From Octopus sinensis (Eukaryota): a DNA stretch of 64,000 nucleotides. A program made the translations under genes and the position numbers. The stretch lies in contig NC_042999.1 of NCBI RefSeq assembly GCF_006345805.1, positions 83,390,001 through 83,454,000 of the forward strand, in the 5' to 3' direction. Numbering within the stretch: the first letter of the stretch is position 1; each line of letters begins with the position of its first letter. Positions 38,022 to 51,500 of the stretch are shown in pieces. A model generated the notes under the pieces. It saw only the letters and a program-made list of their open reading frames with translations. It did no database searches and was not told the origin of the DNA.

Positions 38022-39664
38022 CAGTCTTATAAAATACTGCATTACTAAGGTGCACTCTTGTCATAGAATGGATGAAGCGAGCATTTGCGGTTAGCAATTA
38101 CTCAGGGTTGGCAGTTGGTGACGTTTATGTAGTAAAATACACACACACTCATACAAAAAAGCGAAACACGGGCGCGCGATTGAGTTAGAGGCAGGTTTAC
38201 TTCTACTTTTATTGATCGTGAAGACAACGTTGTTGTAGAAATGTACATAGCACGAGTACTAGAGCAATACAATGTGTAGTTTTAATACCGAAATTGAAAG
38301 CAGAGGCGAATTATGCCTACCTAATCTGCAAAAAAAAAAGACATTTTGTATTTTATGTAGAGTAATTTTATTGAATTTGGTGCATATTTTGCCATAAAGG
38401 GAAAATATTACTATCGATCTATTTTATTCAGTGTAGGCACTGCCTACCTTGGCTGCCTAGGCGGTTCGTCTCTGGGATATCCTACTGACAATAAGACAAC
38501 GCAAATATTCAGGAAATATGACAAAATTACTAACACTAAAAACTTTCTCATCAGCATGAAACCACAACCTAAAAACCACAGTAGGTACTTCAGACAAGCA
38601 AAGTATTATACAAATTTTGATGTAAGCATAAAAGTTGTAAACTTCGTGATTCAAACTGTTACATCTAACACACAAGATAGACATTTCTCGCTAGTTGACA
38701 CAGCATTTAGAACAAAGGAAAGAACTTGAAAGTAGTCATGTATTACGAAAAAGGAAAAGAAATCGAAAAAAAAACTAGCTATAATGAAAGGGCTAGTAAG
38801 AGTGAAATTGAATCCTGAATTGTATGATGATGACCTGAAAGCAGTATTGCTTGAGAAAGAAACAGTAGACAGATTGATAGATGTATTCCCGGGCACTATT
38901 GTGGGCGCCGGACTCTGTGTGCGTTACGACAGTTTGCCCAGCGTAGTGGAGCTGGAACACCTGATGGAGCACATAACGGATGAACACTCCGGATAATTAT
39001 AATTGTATATATAAACAGTAAAATGAAACTGCAAGCTTTGGGGGGCTCGTAAGCCATTCCATTCCATTCATTGTAAATATTCATTTCATAATTATTTTTC
39101 TTTATATGTACCCCATGTTTTGTGTTATCTGTCCTTGTTATGTCCACTCTCTATTCAGGCTGTATGCCTATAATAAAGATTTAGAACAAAGAACTATTGC
39201 AGCCCTTTATAATACAGAAGTAGGAAACAGAACTAAGAAGACAGACATTTGTTGATTATACTGCAGCACTCCTTACAGAATGTCATTATACAATATTAGC
39301 CATAGGCGATTTATTAGCAGTAAAATTAGCACGCAGATACAGCGCACGTGAAATAAACTATGACAGTCAGTTGGAGATAACTGTTGAATACGTCTAGATT
39401 CGAAAATGATGATTTCATTAGTCATAACGTCATTTCCATGTTCACTAGCTACCGACTAAAATCGCAACGTTAACGTGCCATCCTCATTTTCTCCTTTTCT
39501 CATTCAGAAGGTAAGATCGAAAAAAGTCTTGAAACATTAATGACCTTAGGAGTGTTAACATTTTAAGTTAACAAATAAAAACAAATAAATAAGTTTATAT
39601 GAAAATCATGAATAAAAATCATTGAATACGTTCGTCTCTTCAGTATAACATGTTTGAAAGAAAT

Positions 39665-40130
39665 CTTGTATGTGTGTGTGTGTGTTTGTGCGAGTGCGTG
39701 TGTGTACGTGTACGTATATGTAAATATGTATGTATGTATATATATTTGCATATATCATACATACATACACACACATATATATATGTGTGTGTGTGCGTGC
39801 GTGTGCATATGTGCATATATATATATACATACATACATATATATATATATATGCGCATATGTGCATGCACGTGAGTATTTTATACATGTATGTATATATG
39901 TATATGTATGAATGTATGTATGTATGTATGTATGTATGTATGTATGTGTCTGTGTATGCATATCTGTGCGTATGTGTGTTCCTGTGTGCATATCTGTGCG
40001 TATGTGTGCTCCTGTGTGCATATCTGTGCGTATGTGTGTTCCTGTGTGCATATATATATATATTTATGTATGTATGTATGTATGTATGTATGTATGTATG
40101 TATGTATGTATATAAATATATATATATATG
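39665..40130. repeat. Compound microsatellite with a 30-bp minisatellite (about 3 copies, 39955-40050)
   Basis: Unit TGTGCATATCTGTGCGTATGTGTG(T/C)TCCTG. Confidence 0.9.
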
Positions 40131-41471
40131 TTCAATCTTTCTTTACAGAAAACTGCATTAACCCGGTTATTCCGACTTTCCCTCTTTGTGAGTCAAGGAT
40201 TCAAAATGAATTTGTCTTAGCTTGCTACAGTCCTGTCAATGCTCTTATTTAATAATTTACTAACAATTCCTTGTGCAAATAAAACAAGCCCAGTATTCTA
40301 CGTTTCTCTTTCTTCCTTCTTCCTTCCTGCTTTTCTCTCTTTTCATCTGTGTTTACAATTGCTCACCTATTCATTTGCGTAGGTTTTTTTAAAATATATT
40401 TTGGCTTATATTTTACGTTATTGCTTGTTTTATTTCATCGGCGCCATCAATAAATATTTTTGCTTTTTTTTTCTACCTTCGACGTCAACTAACTGCCAAA
40501 TGAACCTGTGGAACAGCAACAACAATAACGACGACGATGACGACGATGACAGCAATATCAGTAATAACAACAACAGTAGTAATAACACCAAAAACAATCT
40601 CAACGAAGCAGCTCAACCACTGCTAATATCAACAACAACAGCCACTACCACAACAACAAACGAGTCGTTTTAAGGCTTGTGCATTATTATTGTATGGTCA
40701 ATATTAGCAAAGCATCAACAATAACAAAAACAATAACAGCAACAACGAAACCACAACTAATACTACTACAACTAGGACTACAACCACCACTACTACAACT
40801 ACCACCGCCACTACCACGGCCACCACCACAACTACCTCTACCAACCAAAAAACAATTACATGCGAATGAATCTAATGGCTAGTCTATCCTTGTTATATGG
40901 TCAATATTAACAAGACGACAACAGCAACAGCAGCAACAAGGAAAGTACCATCTAATGGCTACTGTATCATTGTTGTTTGGTCAATATTAGCGAAAGATCA
41001 TGGTGAATTCAGCTGCCTTTCTCTGTTACTCTATTGTTTGTTTTTTAACACTACAAATGGTGTTAGCTTGGCCATTCAATAATCAGATTTTGGTCTTTAC
41101 CTTGATTTTATCACTGCTTTTTCATTTGATTTTTCTTTGCTTTGCATTCAATTGAAAACCAACACATATGCGTGTGTGCGCACATGTACATAAATACTTA
41201 TACTCTTGCATACACATAGCAAAATGCACTGACAGCCACAAACACAACCACACACACACATATTCACGCATTCATAAAACCAATTACAAAACATACATGC
41301 ACAAGCAATGCGCAACATATTCACACATAAGCATGCATGAACACAAATATATACGCATAACCAAAACTACATACAAATGCACACGCGCGCACACACACAC
41401 AAAGCAATTTATATTGGAAGCGAAGATGTTTATTAAGAAAGTCAAAATCCACTAAAGTCATTTAAAGAAAC

Positions 41472-41540
<69 letters not shown>

Positions 41541-41739
41541 TATTATTATTGCTTGCTGTACTATTCTGGCAGATTGTTCAATAAGGTTAGATATTTCGGT
41601 CTGTTGAGATTGTTTAGAAGCTAGAAACTAGCCGATTTAGAAACAGTCTTGTGTTGTCCGCCACCAGAGGTCACTGAGGCTAATTGTGTATGCTTAAATC
41701 TTTACATTCCATTTGTTTCTTCTATATCTTACTGTCCTT

Positions 41740-41877
41740 CATTCCTCTCTTCCTTCCTCATATGCTGACTTTCTTTCCTTCCTTCCTTCCTCTGCTTTCT
41801 TCTTTACTCTTTGTCTTTCTCCCCCTCTCTCTCTCTCCCTCTTTCTTTCTTTCTTCTTTCTTTCTTTCTTCTTTCTT

Positions 41878-41919
<42 letters not shown>

Positions 41920-42137
41920 CTAATCAATAGTAACTGTCTTGTCTATTTTATCTACCGAATTTAACTTTTCAGGCTACATGAAGCCTAATTTCAATCTACG
42001 CATCATGCCACTGCAAGTCATGAAAATCTAATAGCAGAAGGAAGAGAAGGAGAAGAAAAAGGAAAAGATGGAGAAGAAAAAAAGGAAAAGAAGAAAGCAG
42101 AGGAGGAAAAAGGGAAAGAAAAGAAGAAAAAGAGGAA

Positions 42138-42173
<36 letters not shown>

Positions 42174-42400
42174 GAAAAAGAAGAAGAAGAAGAAGACGAC
42201 GACGACGACGACGACGACGAAGAAGAAGAAGAAGAAGAAGAAGAGGAGGAGCAAGAAAAGAGGAAGATGAAGGTGGAGAAGAAATGGGGAAAAGAAGAGG
42301 GAGGATAAGAAGAGGAAAAAAGGAAAAGGATGAAAGACAAAAATGATGAAGAATATGTAAAAGGAACAGAATGAGGAGAGAAATGAGATGAAACGAAGGA
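41740..42400. repeat. Pyrimidine tract followed by a purine-rich triplet tract
   Basis: (CT/CTT)n then (GAA/GAT/GAC)n. Confidence 0.9.
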
Positions 42401-42939
42401 ATAAATAAATTAACTAGTTAAGTAAAACAAAGGTTTGTAGCATAAGCAGAAAATCGCACATTTTTGAGAAGCGTAGGTGGATGTAGTACAGTTGATTATA
42501 TCGATTCTCAATACATGAATGGTACTATACCTTATCGACTGCGGAAAGATGAAATGTAATGCTGACATTGGTGGGGATTGATCTCAGAATATATGGAGAT
42601 GTAACTAAATATCGCAATGTATTTTGTTCGTCGTTCGATAAATTTTGTCATCTGTCACTTTACATAAGAATGGGTTTTAAATGAGGCACGTGGCCACACG
42701 ATATGAAAGAGCGCAGTCGTTGAGTTATCGTGTCATCCAACATAAATGAAACGATACAAGTTTAAGGTAAGACTCTCAATGGACGTAAAGACTGCGACGT
42801 AATTTGTTCGAAATTCCTATGGATTTAGCCCCAGCCCGCAATATCAAGCAGATGTAAGTTGTTATCACTTGAAATCGCATTCCAGTAATCATTTTGGCGA
42901 ATGTAAATCCCGGTCTACTGTATCAATAGTTAATGATAA

Positions 42940-43255
42940 TAATAACCCGTTCTACTAAAGGCACAAGGCATGAAATTTTGGGGAAGGGGACTAGTCGATT
43001 ATATCGACCTCAGTGTTCATTTCGTACTTATTTTATCGACCCCAAAAAGGAAGAGAGGCGAAGTCGACGTCGGTGGAATTTGAACTCTGACCGTAGCAGT
43101 AGACGAAATACCTATTTCTATTTCTTTACAACCCACAAGGGGCTAAACACAGAGAGGACAAACAAGGACATACACACGGATTAAGTCGATTATATCGACG
43201 CCAGTGCGTAACTGGTACTTATTTAATCGACCCCGAAAGGATGAAAGGCAGACTC
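42940..43255 (-). mobile_element. SINE S1 dimer, 5' truncated
   Basis: Tail A unit joined at GAAATAG/GTATTTCGTC to a tail B unit. Confidence 0.8.
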
Positions 43256-43364
43256 CGGTGCATTTTTACCTACACTGTGTTACGAAGGAATAATAATAAG
43301 AATAATGATGAAAATGATGATGATGATAATGATGATGATGATGTTACTACTACTACTACTAATA

Positions 43365-43399
<35 letters not shown>

Positions 43400-43529
43400 A
43401 ATAATCTGTTCGATATTCTTATGGATTTAATTTCAGCCCCAATATCAAAAAGATATAAGATGTTATCACTTGAAATCATATTCTAGTAACCACTTAGGCG
43501 AATGTAAATCTAGGCCTATTGTATCAACA

Positions 43530-43760
43530 GTTAATAATACAAGAATCACTACGATAGTGTAGGACAGTATTTGCATTGATAAATATGTAAACACTACACA
43601 ATCGTCACTCCTGCTTACTGGTATGAACATCATCCTAAGCCAGTCGTTGGAGGTAAAAACGTCACTATCCTTTGAGATTTTCCAATCAACTCCAGCAGAA
43701 CGATCCAAGCTAATCGACCAAACATATCCCAGGATAACTATGTGTCAGAGAATTCCAAAA
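43530..43760 (+). mobile_element. Decayed R4/Dong fragment
   Basis: NHYDSVGQYLH**ICKHY..YWYEHHPKPVV..NVTIL*DFPINSSRTIQANRP. Confidence 0.75.
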
Positions 43761-43967
43761 TATTGTGTTGACAAATACTACCCACATGCTTAGAAAAACC
43801 CTATTAATTTAAATGTATGTGTTGTATTACATGAACATATTTCTCTACTGCCACTTCCCCTCCCTAAGCTTTCAGTCGTACGGTAACATCTCTTATCCTA
43901 CACTCGCCCTAGAACGCTGTGTGTGTATCAGAAAGTGATTCTAATAAACATGCAGATTGAAAGTAAA

Positions 43968-44008
<41 letters not shown>

Positions 44009-44009
44009 A

Positions 44010-44360
44010 AGAGGATAGAAAGATCCAGGTAATTGACTTTACAGTCCCAAATGATGAGTAAGTCAACATGAGAGGTATGGAGAAAATAGCAAAGTATCAG
44101 GACCTAGCCATTGAGTTACAGAGGCTATGAAAAGTGCGGGTAAAAATGTATCGTTGTAGTTTCAGTGCATTAGGAACTATCCTTAAAGATTTGAACAGAT
44201 GGATTGAGGTAATAGTCATAAAACCCAGTTTAGTGTAGCTCCAGAGAACAGTGTTAATAGAAACAGTTAGGAGGATTCTTGGCAACTCAGATTACGAATT
44301 GTAGCTCGATGTTGGATTTTTTTTTCCATCAATCTAATCTGTTGTGCGAGTATGAAATGA
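44010..44360 (+). mobile_element. R4/Dong 3' fragment, lineage D
   Basis: VIDFTVPNDE..EKIAKYQDLAIELQRL..ALGTI..LQRTVLIET; preceded by (TAG)n, followed by (TAA)3. Confidence 0.75.
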
Positions 44361-44790
44361 TAATAATAATGATCCTTTCTACTAAATGGCATAAGGCCTG
44401 AAATTTGGTGGGAAGGGGGCTTGTAGATTTCAGTGATTCCAGTGTTCAAATGGTACTCCATCAACTCCAAAAGGATGAAATGCAAAGTTGACTTCCACGG
44501 AATTTGAACTCAGAACACCAATACGGATGAAACGCTGTTAAGCAATTTGTCTGGCGTACTAACGATTCTGCCAGTTCCACCACTTTAGTAACGATTTCAA
44601 ATTCTGGGCCAGCAATTTCAGGGGAAGGATTAAGTCGGTTACCTCCATCCCTTTTCTCAGCTGATGCATTATCGACTCCGAAAGGATGGAAAAGGTAAAG
44701 TCGACCTCGGCGGCATTTGAACGCAGAACGTTAAGACGGACGGGACGAAATGCTGCTAAGCATTTTGCACGGCGTGCCAACTATGCTTCC
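44361..44790 (-). mobile_element. Two diverged SINE S1 copies in tandem
   Basis: Reverse-complement S1 bodies at about 44361-44583 and 44585-44790. Confidence 0.75.
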
Positions 44791-44800
44791 AGTTCTTTCC

Positions 44801-44836
<36 letters not shown>

Positions 44837-44857
44837 TTAATAATAATAATAATAACT

Positions 44858-45680
44858 TCCCTAGGAGTCGGGAAGACACTCGGCAAGAAATGGAAGCAAA
44901 TTTGAAAGAGGAAAAAAAAAAGAAATAATAATAATAAAGTGGTTATGAATTGCTAAAAGTAATTTCCGAAAAAACAGCAACAAAAAAAAAACAGAGACTT
45001 TAATCTGTGCTGGTTTTGAGCAGCACCAACATAAAATAGATGATACAGCAAAAAGCGATAAGTGCAGAGAATGGGAAAACTGTATGGCATATTACCAGCA
45101 TATTACTTGCATATACATTGCAAGCCCAGAAAGAATATAAGAGGCGGCATTATAACATAGCAAGGATAGTCCACTGGGCACTTTGCAACAAGTATGGACT
45201 TGACAGAGCAGAAAAGTGATACGAACATTAATCCGAAGACATTACTGAAAATAGTAATGCAGTGATTCTGTAGGACTTTATGTTTCATGGTCACGATGTA
45301 GTAGAGAACAGAAAACTAGATTTGATGATAATGAGAAAGAAAGCAAACTGTGTTGAACCCAGATATAGCATGTCCAGCTGATAACAATGTATGCGATAAA
45401 GAAGAAAAATGTCGGTAGATATGATAGGCTAGCCTGGGAAGTTATACAGCTGTTGACGCTGTAAAAAAGGCGGTTGTAATAAAAATCAGTGTCGAAACCT
45501 CAAGAACAGTGAGTAAAGATTTTGAGAACTGTAGTGAGTAAATAGGGGTTGCAAGACGGGTGGAACACTTGCAGAAAATAGGACTGCTTGGAGCCTTAAA
45601 GAAGCCTTACTCAGAGACCTTTTGAGTGGAATGGGCTACTCGACCTCAAGAAAATTCTAATTGGGCCCAATTAGTGGAAT
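44858..45680 (+). mobile_element. Decayed R4/Dong element, lineage C
   Basis: GKTVWHIT..LAQKEYKRRHYNIARIVHWALCNKYGLDRAEK*YEH..VIL*DF; follows (TAA)n at 44800-44855. Confidence 0.75.
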
Positions 45681-45859
45681 GGGCTACTCATAGAGATGCA
45701 AAGATCAGTTCATAATTCTTGAGAACTGTCATAACAAGCGCAGGAATTTCAGTTCCGCATGAATTGATTACAAAAGGGTTTTAACAGTATAACGCATTCA
45801 CGGATCTTGAAATCGTCGGACATCTTCAAAATTTATCCTGAATTTCAAGCTTTCTGAAG

Positions 45860-47495
45860 CATAATATATCATTGTGAAACACGAATCTCCAATTATATCG
45901 TTCTATGGAGCACTAAATTCAAACAACATTAACATCAACGGTGATATTTTCATCTCTAATTTTTTTATTGCTCTAATACCCCTTACAAGTGAACTTAAAA
46001 GAACAGAGTATGGTAATAACATTGACAAGAAAATAAGTCATCTATTTTATATGGATTACTTGAAAATATAAGGCAAAGACAATAATGAGCTTGATGGCCT
46101 CTTACTTATTGTAAAAGCATTTAGTGATGACATCGGGGTGGGGTCGGGTTTTGTTAAGTGTGCCCAGGTCACTTTCAAGCAAGGATAATTGATAAACAAT
46201 TTAGTCGAATTAGATGTTGAAACAGTTATAAAAGAAGTTGAGCAGGAACAAACCTATAAATACTTAGAAATAAATGAAGGCTCTAACATTCAGTATGCAA
46301 GCATGAAAGAGATCAGGAAGGAATGTCATAGGAGAATATGAGTAAAAGTTGGAAGTCTGGGCTAAATGTACTGAAGGTGTTAACCAATAAATTTCTAAGC
46401 AGTTTCAGTTGTTACTTATAGCTGCAATATAGAATATCAGTGAAATCAAGAAAATTGATAAACGGAATACGTAAGCTGCTGACTTGTAATAAGACTTACC
46501 ACCCAAAAGCAGACGTGGATAGTCTTTACCTTCCCAGAGCTCAAGTGGGGTGGGATAGATGCTTGATCCAGTTCGAACTTGCTTGCAAAAATACCACAAT
46601 TGGCTTGATTAAATAGCTTGAAACAACTATGTACAGGATGCTAAAACGTGTTGAAAATCACAAGAGGCTTAAGAAGCTTCATTCGATCTTGAAGGAGAGC
46701 AAAATATTTTCTACTGATTTCATGAAAGATACCCAGGCTGAACAGTCTGAGGGAAATTTGCTAACTGTTATTGCAAAGAAAATAAAATTAATGGCAACGA
46801 AGAATGTGCATCACCAATTGGCTGGTAGTTGGAAGCAGAAACTTGAGGGAAATAAGCAACTGCCGTTGCAAAGAATGTTAAATTAATAGCAAAGAAAAAG
46901 TGCATAAACAATTGGTTAGTAAATGGGAGTAGAAACCTCTGCAGGGCAAATATCTGGCCTGTAGCAAACCGGAAGTACACCCATAAGTGGCTACAGAGCT
47001 CAGGGTTAAAGGTACACTGCAGCAGCGTTATCTTAGCTGCTGAAGGTCTAAGCTTATTAATCTGTAGCTACCAGGCCAATGTGATGAACAATGGAGTACT
47101 TCCAAAGTGCAGATCCTGCAATTATGAGATTGAGACAGTGGACCACCCGATCTCTGGATGTAAAGATTTAGCACCACAAGAGTATAAACCAAGACAAGAC
47201 AGAGTTGGCCAATATCCACACTGCTTAATATGTCGATATTATAAAAAAATGTGATATAAACATCACCCTGAGGGTGTTACTGAGGGTCAAAATGTAACGA
47301 TTCTTTGAAACTTTCCAGTATATTCTAGAAATCACCATCAAAGCTAATAAACAGGATATTAATTGATATTAGTATTCCTAGTGATCATAATATTGCGGCA
47401 AAAGAATTTGTTAAGCTCGGAAAGTATAAATATCTGCTCACTGAAATCGAAAGAGTGTGACATTTCAAGGCCGTCACAAGACCAGTGGTTGTGGG
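45860..47495 (+). mobile_element. Decayed R4/Dong element (RT to REL)
   Basis: ALIPLT..ISHLFYMDYLKI, EQTYKYLEI, HPKADVDSLYL, KCRSC..ETVDHPISGC, KYKYLLTEIER. Confidence 0.85.
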
Positions 47496-48530
47496 AGCAT
47501 CTCACAGTTTTTTAAAATGTTGACACTTGATATCGCGTCATTTTATGTTACAGATATTGCGCAGTCAGCACATGGGAAAGGTTTCAAATTTCTCTATATG
47601 TTTATAGCAGAGAGTCCATGCTTCTGCCCCGTATATATTTATTTGTATATATTTATTTTAGTTTTCAAACTGACACCGTGCTCTTCCCACATTTTGTTGC
47701 AAGTTACGGTAGATATTTGCCAAGAGACCGCCAAACAAGTCTGGTATATAAGCGTAAATCTCGTAGCGTAGACCATCCAAATCAGGGAATTTACCTCTCG
47801 TGAAACAAACAATCGCTTCCGGTATGTTTATGGCTGTTATTGTCCTTTCGCAACACTCAGCCATAGATGTGGACATTAAAGTCCATTCCAACCCATCTCA
47901 CCATTCGTTCCGATCAGTTTAGCAAAATACCCGAATTGTGCTTTTGTTACCATGTTGCGGCTCTAACACTCGGGATCCACCAAAGAGCTTTCTTTTCCTC
48001 CGGTTTTAGAGTACGCTCCTTAGCTCAGACAATGCAGCCCGCATACTTTGGGGAAGAACTGCTTGAGACCTAATCTTGCCGCAAGCACGTTGGTTTCGCT
48101 GATTTTCTTAAGTACCATTTTTAAGTTTCTAACTCGGTCTGTGTTTCTCTAGTTTCCTCTATCACTAGTTGCTTACCAGACTTTATCGATTCTGCTTTAA
48201 TAGCTCTTTTCAGGGCGGGCCATCATTTGTTGTTGGCGATTGACCCCACCACTAATTACTGCAACCTATTTCGGTAAGCTTGTTGTGCCGGGAACTACGC
48301 TTCCAGGTCTCAGTAATTGAGTTCCTACTGATGAAACCTATCTAAATCGACCATACTGACTGAGGCTGTCAAGCATGAATTGAGGACAACCTACACTAAA
48401 TTTATCTGAAGGCCTAGAGAACACTTTATCACGGTACGATCTGGTAGATTCGACTTCTGTACCCTTATTCTATCGGCTAACACTACACTGTCAATGCGTG
48501 CATCCAAAATGCCATTCCAGTTTTCCGCTA
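47495..48530 (-). mobile_element. Decayed, internally deleted RTE-clade LINE
   Basis: SITETW (APE motif) near 48310; MWEEHGVSLKTKINIYK (RTE post-RT region) near 47650-47700. Confidence 0.6.
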
Positions 48531-48891
48531 GCACTAAAGAGCATAAAAGTTCATATATGTGTGTGGTATGTTATTTGTTAACTATGAAGACATCGTTGTG
48601 TGTGATGTTTGTATGTTGATGCACATAGGTCGTTAATTCTTTGTTGTTTGCGTCAATGTATTGCCATATAGTTTATGATGCTTCTTTGCTAGAGTACTTC
48701 TTGTTGATTCTGGTGTAGATTAGGTTGTGCTTGTGGTTGTAATGCTGTGATTTCTGATGTGAAGGGAGATGACGATGATGATGACGACGACGACGACGAC
48801 GAAGACGATGACGACGACAATGAGGATGATATTGATAATGTTAGCATTGTTGTTGTAGGTATTGTTGTTGCTGTTGTCGTCATCAGTATAA

Positions 48892-49150
48892 AATAAAAAA
48901 TAAATGCGCCCTTTTAAAGCCTAGCCAGGCTCATGGGCCCGGTTTCCCGGTTTCTATGGCGTATGTGTTCCCCAGCTGGACGAAACGCCAGTCCATCGCA
49001 GCGTTACTCATTTTTGCCAGCTGAGTGGACTGGAGCAACGTGAAATGAAGTGTTTTGCTCAAGAACACAACGCATCGCCCGGTCTAGGAATCGACACCAC
49101 AATCTTACGATCATGATGTTGACACCCTAACCACTAGGCCATGCGCCTCC
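48892..49150 (-). mobile_element. SINE H2-T2, young copy
   Basis: Perfect 14-bp TSD CGTCATCAGTATAA at 48878-48891 and 49151-49164. Confidence 0.92.
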
Positions 49151-49394
49151 CGTCATCAGTATAACATTGTTTAAACGCATCCCTCTTTTGTCCTTTCTAA
49201 CGTCTTAGCATTTTGTGATTAGTAAATTGTTTACGTTTCATTTTTTTTGCTTTTTACTATTGGACAAGCGTTGCAATTTAGTGCTATTCTCATTACCTTC
49301 GCCCCACGACATGTTTAAGTGATCTAAAATGAGGACGTACATCACTTTATCATTTACTCAACCGTCACGTCAATAATATTACTGTTAGCTTAAA

Positions 49395-49625
49395 GGCAGC
49401 GCTCTAGCAGAATTGCTAATACACCAGGCAAAATGCTTAACAGCATTTCGTCCATCTTTACGTTCCGAGCTCAAATTCTGCTGAGACAACTTTGATCTTC
49501 ATCACTTTCGAGGACCGATAAAATAGTACCAGTTGAACACTGGGGTGGGTGTAATCGATTTACCCCGTTCCTGGTGCCAAAATTGATACCAATATTGCTG
49601 GCCTTGTACCAAAATTTGATACCAA
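49395..49625 (+). mobile_element. SINE S1, diverged, with duplicated tail
   Basis: S1 body; CCAAAAT(T)TGATACCAATATTGCTG occurs twice. Confidence 0.7.
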
Positions 49626-49763
49626 TATTGCTGCTAGCTCAACACATATCTACATATACATACATACACGAATGCACAAACGTACACTGTTTCTAAAACC
49701 TATCTTACTATATGAGCCGGCACTACGACTACTACGACCAGCTCTACATAACTTGCTGCTCTG

Positions 49764-49769
<6 letters not shown>

Positions 49770-49802
<33 letters not shown>

Positions 49803-50360
49803 GTCATAGTAGTAGTAGCTGTTGTTGTTGTAGCACCACTCTCATCACAACAAACAGCACCACCACAATCACCACCACCACCGTCGCCTCCACCACCACC
49901 ACCATCACCATCACAAAAACATCAACTAGTACCTTCACCAGCAAGACCATCACCTACAACCATCACCTACAACACCAACAACAACGACAACCACAAAAAA
50001 CAACGTCACCACCACCACCAACACCAACACCAGGACCAACATTAACACCACTACTACCACTACCACCATCACTACCACCACAACTACCCGTGCCAGTCCT
50101 GCCACATCATGACAACAGCGCCGCCATTAGTTCCGTTACCACCATTACCGCCACTGGTATCTTTTTAACGCTGAAGTAAAACATAAAGTGAAAAAAGAAA
50201 CTGTTTTCCCCATTTCTCACCACTACCACTACCACCACTACTACAACTGACTCCACTCTCCTTCCACCACCACTGCTACTACCATCACCACCATCGCCAC
50301 CATCGCCACCTTCCATCATCGTCACTCCCATCGTCACCAGCACATCAACCACAACCCAAA
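49770..50360. repeat. (CTA)/(CAC)/(CAA) low-complexity tract
   Basis: Direct reading. Confidence 0.9.
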
Positions 50361-50546
50361 CCGTATTCTGGCAACTTAACGAGCGACAGACACCTGGATG
50401 ATTTGATAGATTTTCCCAAAGCCACAGGTAAGGTGAGGGTGGGGGGGGGGGGGTTGGAGGGAACGGAGGGAAGGTTCGTAGATTTAAAAAAAAAATGTTA
50501 CAAAGGTGTGTATGTGTGTGTGTGTGTGTATGCGTATACATGCGAG

Positions 50547-50594
<48 letters not shown>

Positions 50595-50899
50595 TAGATA
50601 AATGAAAGAAAGAATGAAAAAAAAATATAGCAAAAGAATGAATGCAATGTGAAAGGGAGAAGGACGTGTGAAATGGTAATGGTGGTGGTGATGGTGGTGG
50701 TGTGGTTATGTTGTGGAATTTTCTAGCAGTTTTAATTACCCGGTGTTATTTCAAGCATTTGCTAATACAATTCGAAATTATCTCTGCATTTAGTTTCACA
50801 GGTGGTTATTACAGTCCTTCGCAGGCACACACCCCTCCACCAACAACACACACACTCGCATATACTTATGCACAGTCATATGCGCATACCTTGTGCATA

Positions 50900-51236
50900 A
50901 TTGCATGCATACATACGTACATACATACATATATACAAATCCTTCTTTCTCTCTCTCTCTCTCTCTCACATACACACACTCTCTCTCTCTGTTTATACGT
51001 ATTTTCACACACACACACATATATATATATATATACACGAAAGCATGTATGATTATACGTTAGTACATATATGTGTGCATGTGCATTATGCATATGTGTA
51101 TATACAGAGCCATATAATTACGCACATGAATATATACACTCACACGTTTACAGATGTATACATAGCCGTATGTACATATACATACATACATACATACATA
51201 CATACAAACATACATATATATATACGTATATGTATA

Positions 51237-51301
<65 letters not shown>

Positions 51302-51339
51302 GTATATATATGTATATATATATGTATATATATTATATG

Positions 51340-51373
<34 letters not shown>

Positions 51374-51378
51374 ATATA

Positions 51379-51413
<35 letters not shown>

Positions 51414-51500
51414 CATACACATACGCAGACACACATTCACACACACATATACACATACATACTTATGTCTGTGTATGTGTGTATATATAATGTCTATATG
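50900..51500. repeat. Compound (CA)/(CT)/(TA) microsatellite
   Basis: Direct reading. Confidence 0.9.
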
